Below are positions 12,381-24,675 of a stretch of DNA of 34,476 nucleotides, one piece after another. Below the pieces are notes generated by a model. That model ran no database searches and had not been told where the DNA came from. It saw only the letters and a list, made by a program, of their open reading frames with translations. The position numbers and the translations under genes are program-made. Origin of the DNA: Octopus bimaculoides (Eukaryota). Numbering within the stretch: position 1 is the first letter of the stretch; every line of letters starts with the position of its first letter. Where the stretch lies: contig NC_068985.1 in NCBI RefSeq assembly GCF_001194135.2, positions 110,617,929 through 110,652,404 of the forward strand, given 5' to 3'.

Positions 12381-12964
12381 CATGCATTTAATATATATAT
12401 ATATAGTAACATATATTTGTATACACACAAACACACACAGACACACACATATATATTGCGTGTGCATATGTACGGGGGTTCAACTGAAGAATATTACACG
12501 CAAAGCTCCCGTGTGTTTCTATGCAAAACAAGCATTATATCTTTGTTAAATCCTTCCGTGACAGTCACATTTCCAAAAAATAGCGGACACTACCCTAAGT
12601 TCGTTCTTGTGTTGTCAGAAACAAATGATTGCTTTGAGGTACTCCGTTTCTTCTTTTCTTGAATTGTACTAAGATATGAATTCTTAGGTGAAAGGGAAAA
12701 GATGTGAAATGGGTTGTATAGATAGATAGAACACAGAAAGGAGAGAGAGAGANNNNNNNNNNNNNNNNNNNNNNNNNNNNNNNNNNNNNNNNNNNNNNNN
12801 NNNNNNNNNNNNNNNNNNNNNNNNNNNNNNNNNNNNNNNNNNNNNNNNNNNNAGTCAAATCGAATAATCGAACATTAAAAATAACAATAACAAAACAAGA
12901 AGACGTGCACAGGGAATGTATTAGTTTGACACTCGGTAAAGGTGGGGAAAAAAATAGGGTTTTT

Positions 12965-12991
12965 GACGTTTCGGTCATAGCTCTTCGTCTG
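12965..12991 (-). ncRNA. Degenerate minimal hammerhead-ribozyme-like motif, probably in a Penelope-type terminal repeat fragment (about 12880-13060)
   Basis: Minus strand reads CAGACGA-AGAGCTATGACC-GAAAC-GTC: core CUGANGA with one substitution, a damaged helix II, GAAAC and a GUC triplet. Probably inactive. Confidence 0.5.
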
Positions 12992-13129
12992 TAAGGAAAA
13001 CGGGAAAAGTCCAGAGAATTTGAAATATCACCAACAGCACGTGTGTCGTTACATAGATAATACATACATACGTACGTACGTATGTACGTATGTATGTATG
13101 TATGTATGTATGTATGTATGTATGTATGT

Positions 13130-13570
13130 GGTTGTTCGGTTTTATTTCAAGATTTCTTGCCAATAAAGAAAGAGCCGGTTTCTAACCTAGATGCAAGTCT
13201 CCTTCGTTGGAATTTCAACATCAACAACAGGGTATTTTTGCTTGTATGCATCCTTGGATGTATATCTGCAGATTTGTATGTTTTGCTTTATGTATATATT
13301 CTCATGCATATATTTGCATATCTAGACATGCTCATATATGTGTAAATGATAAACTTCTGGAAAGTTTTACAGATTTCTACAGTTCTAGTGATAGACTGGA
13401 TCTGTAGTCCTCGAATTAGCTTTCTCCTTTCTGGTTTGGAGAAACCTAATTTCTGAAGATTGGTATTTAGGCAGTGTGTTACATATCCCAAGACTCCATT
13501 AATTAAAAGTATAAACCTGAACGTGTAATCTGGATAAAGTGACTGCAGATTTCTCAAGAGTTCAGCGTAT
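13130..13570 (-). mobile_element. R4-like RLE non-LTR retrotransposon, 5'-truncated (ORF C-terminus plus 3' UTR)
   Basis: ORF 13288..13602 gives YAELLRNLQSLYPDYTFRFILLINGVLGYV...LQIQSITRTVEICKTFQKFII*, matching the RLE tail KY..L..EL......P.IIGALG...LQ....GT..I. A 3' UTR with AATAAA follows and runs into (ATAC)n. Confidence 0.8.
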
Positions 13571-13715
13571 GTATGTAAGTATGGATGTATATATGTATGC
13601 ATGCATGTATGTATGTATGCGCTAATATCGAACAGTGAGAATACGTGCTAAACACTACATTGGTAGAGAGATTGGCATCCGTACACACTTATATACTTAT
13701 ATACGCATATTCTAT

Positions 13716-13878
13716 GCAAGCGTGACTGTACGGTAAGAAGCTTGTTTGTCAACCACATGGTTCCGGGTTCAGTCCCACTGCGTGGCATCTTGGGCAAGTA
13801 TCTTCTACAATAGCCTCGGGGCAACCATAACCTTTGAGTGGATTTAGTAAACAGGAACTGAAAGAAGCACGTCGTATA
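13716..13878 (+). mobile_element. SINE family A, 5' half
   Basis: GGTAAGAAGCTT...CACATGGTTCCGGGTTCAGTCCCACTGCGTGGCA...GAGTGGATTT...GAAAGAAGCACGTCGTATA, followed by (TA)n and a gap. Confidence 0.92.
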
Positions 13879-14831
13879 CACATACATACATTTATATATA
13901 TATATATATNNNNNNNNNNNNNNNNNNNNNNNNNNNNNNNNNNNNNNNNNNNNNNNNNNNNNNNNNNNNNNNNNNNNNNNNNNNNNNNNNNNNNNNNNNN
14001 NNNNNNNNNNNNNNNNNNNNNNNNNNNNNNNNNNNNNNNNNNNNNNNNNNNNNNNNNNNNNNNNNNNNNNNNNNNNNNNNNNNNNNNNNNNNNNNNNNNN
14101 NNNNNNNNNNNNNNNNNNNNNNNNNNNNNNNNNNNNNNNNNNNNNNNNNNNNNNNNNNNNNNNNNNNNNNNNNNNNNNNNNNNNNNNNNNNNNNNNNNNN
14201 NNNNNNNNNNNNNNNNNNNNNNNNNNNNNNNNNNNNNNNNNNNNNNNNNNNNNNNNNNNNNNNNNNNNNNNNNNNNNNNNNNNNNNNNNNNNNNNNNNNN
14301 NNNNNNNNNNNNNNNNNNNNNNNNNNNNNNNNNNNNNNNNNNNNNNNNNNNNNNNNNNNNNNNNNNNNNNNNNNNNNNNNNNNNNNNNNNNNNNNNNNNN
14401 NNNNNNNNNNNNNNNNNNNNNNNNNNNNNNNNNNNNNNNNNNNNNNNNNNNNNNNNNNNNNNNNNNNNNNNNNNNNNNNNNNNNNNNNNNNNNNNNNNNN
14501 NNNNNNNNNNNNNNNNNNNNNNNNNNNNNNNNNNNNNNNNNNNNNNNNNNNNNNNNNNNNNNNNNNNNNNNNNNNNNNNNNNNNNNNNNNNNNNNNNNNN
14601 NNNNNNNNNNNNNNNNNNNNNNNNNNNNNNNNNNNNNNNNNNNNNNNNNNNNNNNNNNNNNNNNNNNNNNNNNNNNNNNNNNNNNNNNNNNNNNNNNNNN
14701 NNNNNNNNNNNNNNNNNNNNNNNNNNNNNNNNNNNNNNNNNNNNNNNNNNNNNNNNNNNNNNNNNNNNNNNNNNNNNNNNNNNNNNNNNNNNNNNNNNNN
14801 NNNNNNNNNNNNNNNNNNNNNNNNNNNNNTA

Positions 14832-14883
<52 letters not shown>

Positions 14884-14898
14884 AATATAGGTACGTAT

Positions 14899-16143
14899 TA
14901 GATTTGTTGAAACCTTATTAAAGCTATAATTACCACTCATGCGTGATAAGTTCATGAAAAGTTCGTTTGCAACAACAGCAACAACATTTTTGTATATTAA
15001 ATTTGTGTATGAAAATCGGCTCCCTTCACGTAGAAAACAAAGAAGATATTCCACACGTTATGCTTTACAAGTTTCACCAAGATTGTACTACAAGAAAAGC
15101 TGTTACATATATTGAATAGGTTTATGATTAAGATACAGTAAATGAAAGAATTTGCAGAAGATTGTTTGAAAAATTTAGACAAACCAATTTCAGTTTGCTT
15201 TATGATCCACGATCAAGTCGTCCTTTCGAATTGAGCGAAGAAATGAGAGCGAGCACAGTTGTAAGGAATCCTGCTGTGGAAGTGAGAGAGCTTTCAATTG
15301 AATTTAATGTTAGCATTATGACCATTCATGACCATTTGAAGAAGCCAGGAAAAGTTTCAAAATAGAGAAAATGGGTTCCGCACGCTCTTTCGGCAACAAA
15401 TCGTTAACAAATATTTGACTTGTGATTCGCTCCATGCACGTAAGCTACAAGCATAAGCTTTAAATTAGATCGTGACTGCAGGTGAAATAGGGATTTTCTT
15501 CTTTTATCGCAGCGATATTATATACTGTAGAAGGCGGTGAGCTGGCAGAATTGTTTGCACGCCGGATGAAATGCGTAACGGATTTCACCGAAACAAATTT
15601 TATTGTTTGGAAAAAAATGGGTGGAAATTATTCATGATGATCTTTCAGTACCGGAATATGCGATCACTACTGTAGTCTAGTATTGGTAAATTCACCGCTT
15701 GAAGAGAAGAAAACGTTCCTGCATTAATAAACCAAAGAAGTTTCTTTCGTGAAGATAATACTCGACCCCACATCACAAGTCACTAAAAATATTCCGGAAT
15801 CGTTCAATTGGAAACACTAATGTAAGGCCATCCATATTCTCTAGATCGTCTTTCATTAGGCCTCTATTTATCATGATCTTTGCAAAGTCGTTTAGATGGG
15901 AAGTGTATGGTCAGCAGAGAAGATGTAGAAAATGACTGAAATATATATTTTAATTCGAAGCCCAAAGAAATTTTCAAGTCAAGCATTCAAAAACTTATAA
16001 ACTGATGTATAAAACTTATAAATTGATAGAAAATGAAAGAAGTAATACAGGTGATTAAAATTTGCAATTTGCAGAATTAATTATCATGTTTGTATTATAA
16101 ATGAATGGTAAAAATCGGACAGAACTTAGTATAAAATCCGATG
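14899..16143 (+). mobile_element. Mariner (Tc1/mariner) element, near full length, transposase pseudogene
   Basis: From ATG 15009: helix-turn-helix region (DPRSSRP), KWVPHAL at 15369, EDNTRPH at 15751 and HPYSLD at 15829 (mariner HDNARPH and YSPDL motifs). Many stops. Span about 1.25 kb; ends are degenerate, so the TIRs are only approximate. Confidence 0.88.
15531..15586 (+). mobile_element. SINE family B head fragment inside the mariner transposase
   Basis: AAGGCGGTGAGCTGGCAGAATTGTTTGCACGCCGGATGAAATGCGTAACGGATTTC aligns to 23935-23995. Confidence 0.85.
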
Positions 16144-16255
16144 TAGACAAATACAATTAGAAATATATAAAAAATACTTATAAATACATGTATTTATTCA
16201 TATACATAATATATATATATAATATACATGCACATATGTATAAACTATATATGTA

Positions 16256-16331
<76 letters not shown>

Positions 16332-16628
16332 CACACACACACAAATATACACACTGTATGCTAATATTAAACATACACATACATATACACTCATGCATAT
16401 AGGCCTACATATGCTCTCTGATTCTCTGCCTGTCTGTTTCTCTCTTTCTCTGTGCGTATATAAATGTACAGACACGCACGCACTCGCAAACGCATAGACA
16501 CACATACGTATACGTATATGTGTATGTAAACAAGTGTAGATATACATTCAACATGTTTATAAAGGATATGTGTATGTGTGAATGTTTGTGTGTAAGATAG
16601 ACAGATAGGGAGAACGAAAGAGGAAGAG

Positions 16629-16629
<1 letters not shown>

Positions 16630-16712
<83 letters not shown>
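16630..16712. repeat. (GA)n microsatellite; (TA)n at about 16260-16327 nearby
   Basis: Directly visible. Confidence 0.97.
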
Positions 16713-16716
<4 letters not shown>

Positions 16717-17142
16717 CATGTTTATGCTATATACATGTCCGCAAACATATTATTGACATTGTTGACATAATGATAAGTGTGAGACGGAATGTGATTAAGG
16801 GAGACGGTTTCGGAATGGAGAGATTCTGAACGAGAGAAAGATAAAGAGAGATAGAGATAGTGAAAGAGAAGTAGATAATGAGGGACAGGGGTATAATAAG
16901 AGAGGGTGAGACTTTTGGGCGAGTTAAACCTCTGTGCGTCGGGGGTCTTCACAAATGTCTTTTGTGTAAATGTCGTATCTGTGTATATTTATGATACAAA
17001 ATACGCCTTCTTTTCGTTTGCGTTTCAGTAAACACACGCGCGCACACACACGCGCACACGCACACACGCACACACACACACACGTACGCACACACACAAA
17101 CATGCGCACACATCTATGCATAAATGTATTATGCAAATACAT

Positions 17143-17305
17143 AGGCGCAAGTTTGGCTGTGAGGTAAGAAGTTTGCTTCCCCACCACATGGTTCGGGTTT
17201 CGGTCCTACTGCATGGCACCTTGGGCATATGTCTTCTACTATGGCCTCGGGGAGGATTTGATAGACATTAAGGCTTGTGAGTGGATTTTGTAGACACTAA
17301 GTCGA
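17143..17305 (+). mobile_element. SINE family A, diverged 5' half
   Basis: AGGCGCAAGTTTGGCTGTGAGGTAAGAAGTTTGCTTCC...GGCACCTTGGGCA...GAGTGGATTTTGTAGAC. Confidence 0.88.
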
Positions 17306-17511
17306 AATATTTTAATACAACAATGCACTGTTTTGTCTACAAATAAGGAACACACAAACAGAAAATTTGTAGATTAGATGTATGTATGTATGCATGTATG
17401 TATGTACGTATGTATGTATGTATGTATGTATGCATGTATGTATGTATGTATCTCTCTCTCTCTCTGTATCTATCTATATGTGTGTTTGTGTATGTGTGCG
17501 TGTGTACATAA

Positions 17512-17559
<48 letters not shown>

Positions 17560-18982
17560 ACGTGTATATATTTACATATATACACATACATGTATCAACA
17601 TGCATACCTACATACAGACAGACATACACAGTCACCTGTGTGTATATGGGAATGTATGTATGCATGTACGTATATATGTATACACACATGCATAGATATG
17701 CATATTTGTATACATATATACGCACGTGAACGAAACCAGCCAAGCTAGACCCATGTTTGTATATCCCTTTCCATTAATTCCCTTATTTAATTATCTTTCA
17801 CTCACTCCTCCCCCTCTCTCCTACCCCCTCTTTCTTTCTCTATCTCTATATCTCAGACTCCTTCCACTGATAACACCCCTCCCACCCTCTTTTTTTCTTT
17901 TCCTTATCCTTAGAATCACCACGTCTCTCCCATCTTCTTTGGCGCCTCCTTCCATGGTGCCATTCGCGCTACAGGTCTCCAGTAATTCTTTACAACATGC
18001 CATCGCACCTGAACTCCACTCCCACCAAGAACAAAAAAAAAAAAACAACGAAAAAACAAAAAAACAAACGAAAACAAANNNNNNNNNNNNNNNNNNNNNN
18101 NNNNNNNNNNNNNNNNNNNNNNNNNNNNNNNNNNNNNNNNNNNNNNNNNNNNNNNNNNNNNNNNNNNNNNNNNNNNNNNNNNNNNNNNNNNNNNNNNNNN
18201 NNNNNNNNNNNNNNNNNNNNNNNNNNNNNNNNNNNNNNNNNNNNNNNNNNNNNNNNNNNNNNNNNNNNNNNNNNNNNNNNNNNNNNNNNNNNNNNNNNNN
18301 NNNNNNNNNNNNNNNNNNNNNNNNNNNNNNNNNNNNNNNNNNNNNNNNNNNNNNNNNNNNNNNNNNNNNNNNNNNNNNNNNNNNNNNNNNNNNNNNNNNN
18401 TATATATATATATATATATATATATGTTGCATCGCAGTTGAAAAAATATATAACAAAAAACAAATATGTAACAAATAAGTGAAAATTTTAAAATAAAATA
18501 AAATTAAAGAAGCCCCTTTAAGTTCGTCATAGTCTTGTTTTAAGTTTAAACACATAAAAACGATTATGATTTGAACTTTTGATATTCAGAACAAGCCGTA
18601 CATAAAACAGCTTAACAACGCCAAAATCCCTCCCGAACCTTACCGAACACTAAGAATACAGAACTGCATCGCTCTTCCCAAAGCTCTTCATCCCCCCACC
18701 ATCACCTTTTCTTCAATCAGCTTTAATTAGCTTGTATGTAGCACACATGGTGAGTTGCAATTAATCTGTAATTGGTTTCTTTTATAATTTATTTTATTTC
18801 TTTAAAATTATTATATTTTATTTTTACAGTTTATTGTTTTTTGTTGTTGTTGTTGTTGTTTAGAAAAGTCGTACAGGTTAGACGTAAAGATTGATTGTCT
18901 GATACGTCGACAGTGTATTGCATAGAGCATGTAGCGTATAACATATTTACAATACAACAGAAGATACAAGTACAACATCAAT

Positions 18983-18984
18983 CA

Positions 18985-19046
<62 letters not shown>

Positions 19047-19085
19047 GAATCTCTCTCTCTCTTAATATATATATATATATATATC
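18983..19085. repeat. (TATC)n, (TC)n and (TA)n compound microsatellite
   Basis: Directly visible. Confidence 0.95.
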
Positions 19086-20080
19086 AACTTTAAATAGAGC
19101 TCAAAATTGATCCGTTGAAAATACTTTATTACAACAACAATAACAGTAATAATAACAAATAAATAGACCTATGTACATTTCGATAGAACATCCAGAATGA
19201 TTAATACATATCATAAAATATTATAAAATATAGGATACTCCATCTCCTCAAGGTCCCATTATTATTGCTATCATCACCATCATTATTATTAGCAATACAC
19301 ATCCCAAAAAAAACAGAAACCATTCAAATCTAATTTTCATAGTTAACCCATGAAAATATACAAAACAGGATGAAAAAGTAATAGATGGCACACAACTTTC
19401 CATCCCAAAATGTGCAATGAACGAGCAAACGGTAAATTTCCTNNNNNNNNNNNNNNNNNNNNNNNNNNNNNNNNNNNNNNNNNNNNNNNNNNNNNNNNNN
19501 NNNNNNNNNNNNNNNNNNNNNNNNNNNNNNNNNNNNNNNNNNNNNNNNNNNNNNNNNNNNNNNNNNNNNNNNNNNNNNNNNNNNNNNNNNNNNNNNNNNN
19601 NNNNNNNNNNNNNNNNNNNNNNNNNNNNNNNNNNNNNNNNNNNNNNNNNNNNNNNNNNNNNNNNNNNNNNNNNNNNNNNNNNNNNNNNNNNNNNNNNNNN
19701 NNNNNNNNNNNNNNNNNNNNNNNNNNNNNNNNNNNNNNNNNNNNNNNNNNNNNNNNNNNNNNNNNNNNNNNNNNNNNNNNNNNNNNNNNNNNNNNNNNNN
19801 NNNNNNNNNNNNNNNNNNNNNNNNNNNNNNNNNNNNNNNNNNNNNNNNNNNNNNNNNNNNNNNNNNNNNNNNNATATATATATATATATATACAATATAC
19901 AAATATATACATATACAAATATACATAGATATGTATACATATGTATTTATATACATATATATAAATGTAACATATATATGTATATCTATATATTTATACA
20001 TATATATATGTGTGTGTGTGTATGTAACTATGTATGCATATTGCATGTACGTATATATATATATATAAATATATATATAG

Positions 20081-20131
<51 letters not shown>

Positions 20132-20178
20132 TACATACACACACACATACACACACAATCACACACATAGACGCACAC

Positions 20179-20326
20179 ACGATGGACTTCTTTCAGTTTC
20201 TGCCCACTAAATCCATTCACAAGGTTCTGTTTGAATCGGGGCTATGTTAGAAGGTGCCACGCAGTGGGACTGAACCAGGAACCATATGACTGTAAAGTAA
20301 ATTTCTTACTACACAACCTTCTTGCG
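20179..20326 (-). mobile_element. SINE family A, 5' half with internal deletion
   Basis: CTTCTTTCAGTTTC...AAATCCATTCACAAGG...GTGCCACGCAGTGGGACTGAACC, adjacent to a (CA)n tract. Confidence 0.85.
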
Positions 20327-20494
20327 TGTGTGTGAGTGTGTATGTGTGTGTATATAAGTATCTATATATGTATATGTATATATATGTATATATATGTATA
20401 TTTAGATATATACATATACATACATGTATATATGTATGTACATATGTATGTATAAATATATATGTATATATATATATGTATATANNNNNNNNNN

Positions 20495-20597
20495 TTTTAC
20501 TCTTTTATTTGTTTCAGTCATTTGACTGTGGCCATGTTGGAGCAACGTCTTTAGTCAAACAAATCGATCACCGGACTTATTCTTCATAAGCCTAGTA
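20495..20597 (-). mobile_element. SINE family A, 3' module
   Basis: TTTGTTTCAGTCATTTGACTGTGGCCATGTTGGAGCA...GGACTTATTCTT..AAGCCTAGTA is the reverse complement of 21440-21545. Confidence 0.9.
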
Positions 20598-20897
20598 TTG
20601 GGTCATCCCATAAATAATGCGTTTGTTTTTTTTATACCTCTTTTATTTTTCAAAATTAAGATAAACAAAGTTCATCTGAAATATACTCTCCTTCATTTTC
20701 TATAATGCTCTTCCATTTATCTGGTAGACGTGCAAGGTCCCTCTTCTAAAATTTACTTGTCCATGACGAAATACTCTTCAAGTACAGTTCTGATCTCGTC
20801 TTTCAGAATTCATATGTCTTCCGTCCTAATCACTTCGAAGACCGCGGAATAAATGATAACCAGATGGAGCAATGTCCAGCGAATATGGAGGATGGGG
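20596..20897 (-). mobile_element. Mariner element, 3' end with one TIR
   Basis: Minus strand translates PHPPYSLDIAPSGYHLFRGL...LPDKWKSIIENEGEY. The terminus TA-TTGGGTCATCCCATAAATAATGCG sits at a TA within the SINE module. Confidence 0.9.
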
Positions 20898-21033
20898 CAA
20901 AAGAGAGCGATAGAATAAGTGCTAGGCTTACAAAGAATAAGTTCCGGGCGCGATTTGTTCGACTAAAGGCAGTGCTCCAATATGGCCACACTCAAATAAC
21001 TGAAACAAGTAAAACAGTAAAGGAAGAATAAAA
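20897..21033 (+). mobile_element. SINE family A, 3' module
   Basis: GATAGAATAAGTGCTAGGCTTACAAAGAATAAG...GTGCTCCAATATGGCCAC...ACTGAAACAAGTAAAA. Confidence 0.9.
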
Positions 21034-21060
21034 GTATGTATATATATATATATATATAAT

Positions 21061-21592
<532 letters not shown>

Positions 21593-21624
21593 AATATATG
21601 AGTATATGTACATGTATGTACATA

Positions 21625-21790
21625 CCTTCATCTACATGTACATATAGATACATATCTAGGTACATGACGTTGCAAAAAAAACATGGACAAAATGATAAAC
21701 AAGTTACAAAAAAAAGCAGGCCACATAGAGGACATATCCTTCAACAGCTGCCACCATTAAGACACTGGCGTTTCGAAAAGTTAGGCCATA
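21625..21790 (-). repeat. Dispersed short repeat with permuted hammerhead-like words (copy B)
   Basis: Minus strand reads TTTCGAAAC-GCCA-12nt-TGGC-AGCTGTTGAAGGA...GTCATGTACCTAGATATG...CATGTAGATG. Homologous to 25335-25500 and 31117-31200. Confidence 0.75.
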
Positions 21791-22203
21791 TATATATATA
21801 TATATATGTACACACATATATATATATGCATATATGTAATTAAATAAAATATAAAAATAATTCGTATATATGCTCATATGAATGCATGTACGCATATATA
21901 TATATCATATATATTTCTGTGTATATATATTTACACACACATGCATTTTGATTTATATTAGATATTCTTACACAAAGAACAAACGCGAAAGACCACGAGA
22001 GAAACAAGGAGATATGTAGAACAAGTAATCTGACTGTATGATAAATACATTATAATAGCACATACACACACGTGCGTACACATACAAGTACATATACTGT
22101 TTTCTTCATCCCTGTCTCATACATATAGATACACACACATATGCATGTGCACACGCAAATACAGAGAGAGAGATCGATACATAGATACGCATGCCCGCGC
22201 CTG

Positions 22204-22252
<49 letters not shown>

Positions 22253-22299
22253 ACACACATACTCACACATGCACACACAGCTAGGTAACTACCTAGCTA

Positions 22300-22440
22300 G
22301 CTAGATAGATAGATTGACGGAAAATAGACTAGCGGATAGATAAATAGATAGACAGATAAACAGATTGACGGCCTGATAGACATGCAGGCAGACTGACAGA
22401 TAGATAGACAGACAGATAATTAGATAGATAGATAGACAGG

Positions 22441-22488
<48 letters not shown>

Positions 22489-22605
22489 AAGATTGGTAGA
22501 TATATAAACCAATAGATAGATAAATAATTAGATAGGTAGATAAAGAGATAAATAGACATATAGATAGATAAACAGATAATTAGATAGACCAATAGATAGA
22601 CAGCA
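22300..22605. repeat. (AGAT)n/(AGAC)n degenerate tetranucleotide array
   Basis: Directly visible; source of the YLSI-repeat ORF 22329..22622. Confidence 0.95.
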
Positions 22606-22712
22606 AATAGGCCGAGAGGCAAGTAACCGGATGTTGATTCAGCTGCACCGATCTGCAGCTGTGAACATCAACAGTCACTGAGTACATTTTGCCTGTAGAT
22701 TCAGCATGAGCC

Positions 22713-22758
<46 letters not shown>

Positions 22759-23145
22759 CATACATACATGTAAATATAGATATTTATATTATTACACGCA
22801 CACTCACATACGTATAAACGCTCACGTTTGTTTGGTTCCAATTTATTACAAAGATACATCATCACTGACATCACCCCCCAACGGCTTAGTTTGAACCACC
22901 AACCTCTTGATTTCACACACGGCAGAGCCATTCCTATTACAAACTAAGGTAAGAAAAACATAATTCCCCATGGACCACCAGAATACGCAAGCAGCGCAGT
23001 TTATTACCGCATTCCACTTCGTTTCACACGGTTGTTTCAACTAAATTGGCAATTCCTCACCTAAACACACCTAAATACACATCGAAGGAGCCGCTTCGAC
23101 CTGGCCACTTGACCTGCTAAAAATAACAACCAAAATTCCCATATA

Positions 23146-23300
23146 TGTGCAGATATGGCTGTGTGGTTAAGAAGTTCGTTTTGCAACCATGTGGTTTCAG
23201 GTTCTGTCACTATGTACCGTATCTTGTCCAAGTAACTTCTGTTTTAGCCCCAGGCCGAACAATGCACCTTACGAGTGGATTTGGTAGACGAAAACTGTGT
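23146..23300 (+). mobile_element. SINE family A, old diverged 5' half
   Basis: GGCTGTGTGGTTAAGAAGTT...ACCATGTGGTTTCAGGTTC...GAGTGGATTTGGTAGACGAAAACTG; followed by (TG)n at about 23385-23502. Confidence 0.82.
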
Positions 23301-23381
23301 GGAAGATTGTTGTATACACACACAGAGACATAAATGTATGCATGTATATGTATATGTGTGTGGATATGTGTGTGGATATGT

Positions 23382-23660
<279 letters not shown>

Positions 23661-23663
23661 AGT

Positions 23664-23699
<36 letters not shown>

Positions 23700-23736
23700 C
23701 GTTTCTTGTAATACATGCCAATACATATATCTAAAG

Positions 23737-24675
23737 CAGGGGTTCTCAACCGTCTGTTATCTATGGACCCCATTGATTACTATTTTCTTCTGGTGGATCC
23801 CACTAGCCATTCAATATATAAAAACTAATTTTATAGAAACTTCTTTCAAAATTCTATTTTGTTTTTTCACACATTAACTTGTCTAGGTTTAACAATGTAA
23901 AGTGTTGAAAGAAACTTAGCTGTTACATGCAATAAGGCAGCGAGCTGGCAGAAACGTTAGCACGCCGGGCGAAATGCTTAGCGGTATTTCGTCTGCCGCT
24001 ACGTTCTGAGTTCAAATTCCGCCGAGGTCGACTTTGCCTTTCATCCTTTCGGGGTCGATTAAATAAGTACCAGTTACGCACTGGGTCGATATAATCGACT
24101 TAATCCGTTTGTCTGTCCTTGTTTGTCACCTCTCTGTAGCCCCTTGTGGGCAGTAAAAAAATAAGAAACTTAGCTGTTGCTTGCAATACACACCGATATA
24201 TACATTTAAAGCAAAACTTTTTCAGGGGCCCTTAAACCATTATTGTGAATCCTCAATTTACTAATNNNNNNNNNNNNNNNNNNNNNNNNNNNNNNNNNNN
24301 NNNNNNNNNNNNNNNNNNNNNNNNNNNNNNNNNNNNNNNNNNNNNNNNNNNNNNNNNNNNNNNNNNNNNNNNNNNNNNNNNNNNNNNNNNNNNNNNNNNN
24401 NNNNNNNNNNNNNNNNNNNNNNNNNNNNNNNNNNNNNNNNNNNNNNNNNNNNNNNNNNNNNNNNNNNNNNNNNNNNNNNNNNNNNNNNNNNNNNNNNNNN
24501 NNNNNNNNNNNNNNNNNNNNNNNNNNNNNNNNCTAAAGCAAAACTTTTTCAGGTGTCCTTCAAATACGATTGTAGATTCCCAATTTGATATTTTGTTTCG
24601 TGGACCCCTCCATCATAAAAAAAAAATCTTATATGGACCCTCAGGAGCCATATGGATCCCGGTTGAGAAACTCTG
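23737..24675. mobile_element. hAT-like non-autonomous DNA transposon (TIR pair), spanning an N-gap
   Basis: Left end CAGGGGTTCTCAACC (23737); right end GGTTGAGAAACTCTG (24661-24675); repeated subterminal ATGGACCC/TGGATCC words. The 8-bp flanks (ATCTAAAG and GCCTAGAT) both resemble the Charlie-type nTCTAGAn target but differ from each other. Confidence 0.7.
23935..24162 (+). mobile_element. SINE family B, full-length, with 26-bp flanking direct repeat
   Basis: Flanks 23909-23934 AAGAAACTTAGCTGTTACATGCAATA and 24163-24188 AAGAAACTTAGCTGTTGCTTGCAATA match at 24/26. Confidence 0.95.

Noticed and set aside
13165-13212. CCAACGA...GAAACCGGCTC in the R4-like 3' UTR, resembling a hammerhead
   Set aside because: Two mismatches in the CUGANGA core and no convincing helix II.
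18715-18780. Several TAAT/ATTA homeodomain cores
   Set aside because: Expected at this frequency in AT-rich DNA without conservation data.
22850-22955. Candidate exon ending at the strong donor AAG/GTAAGA
   Set aside because: All three frames contain a stop between the nearest acceptor and the donor.
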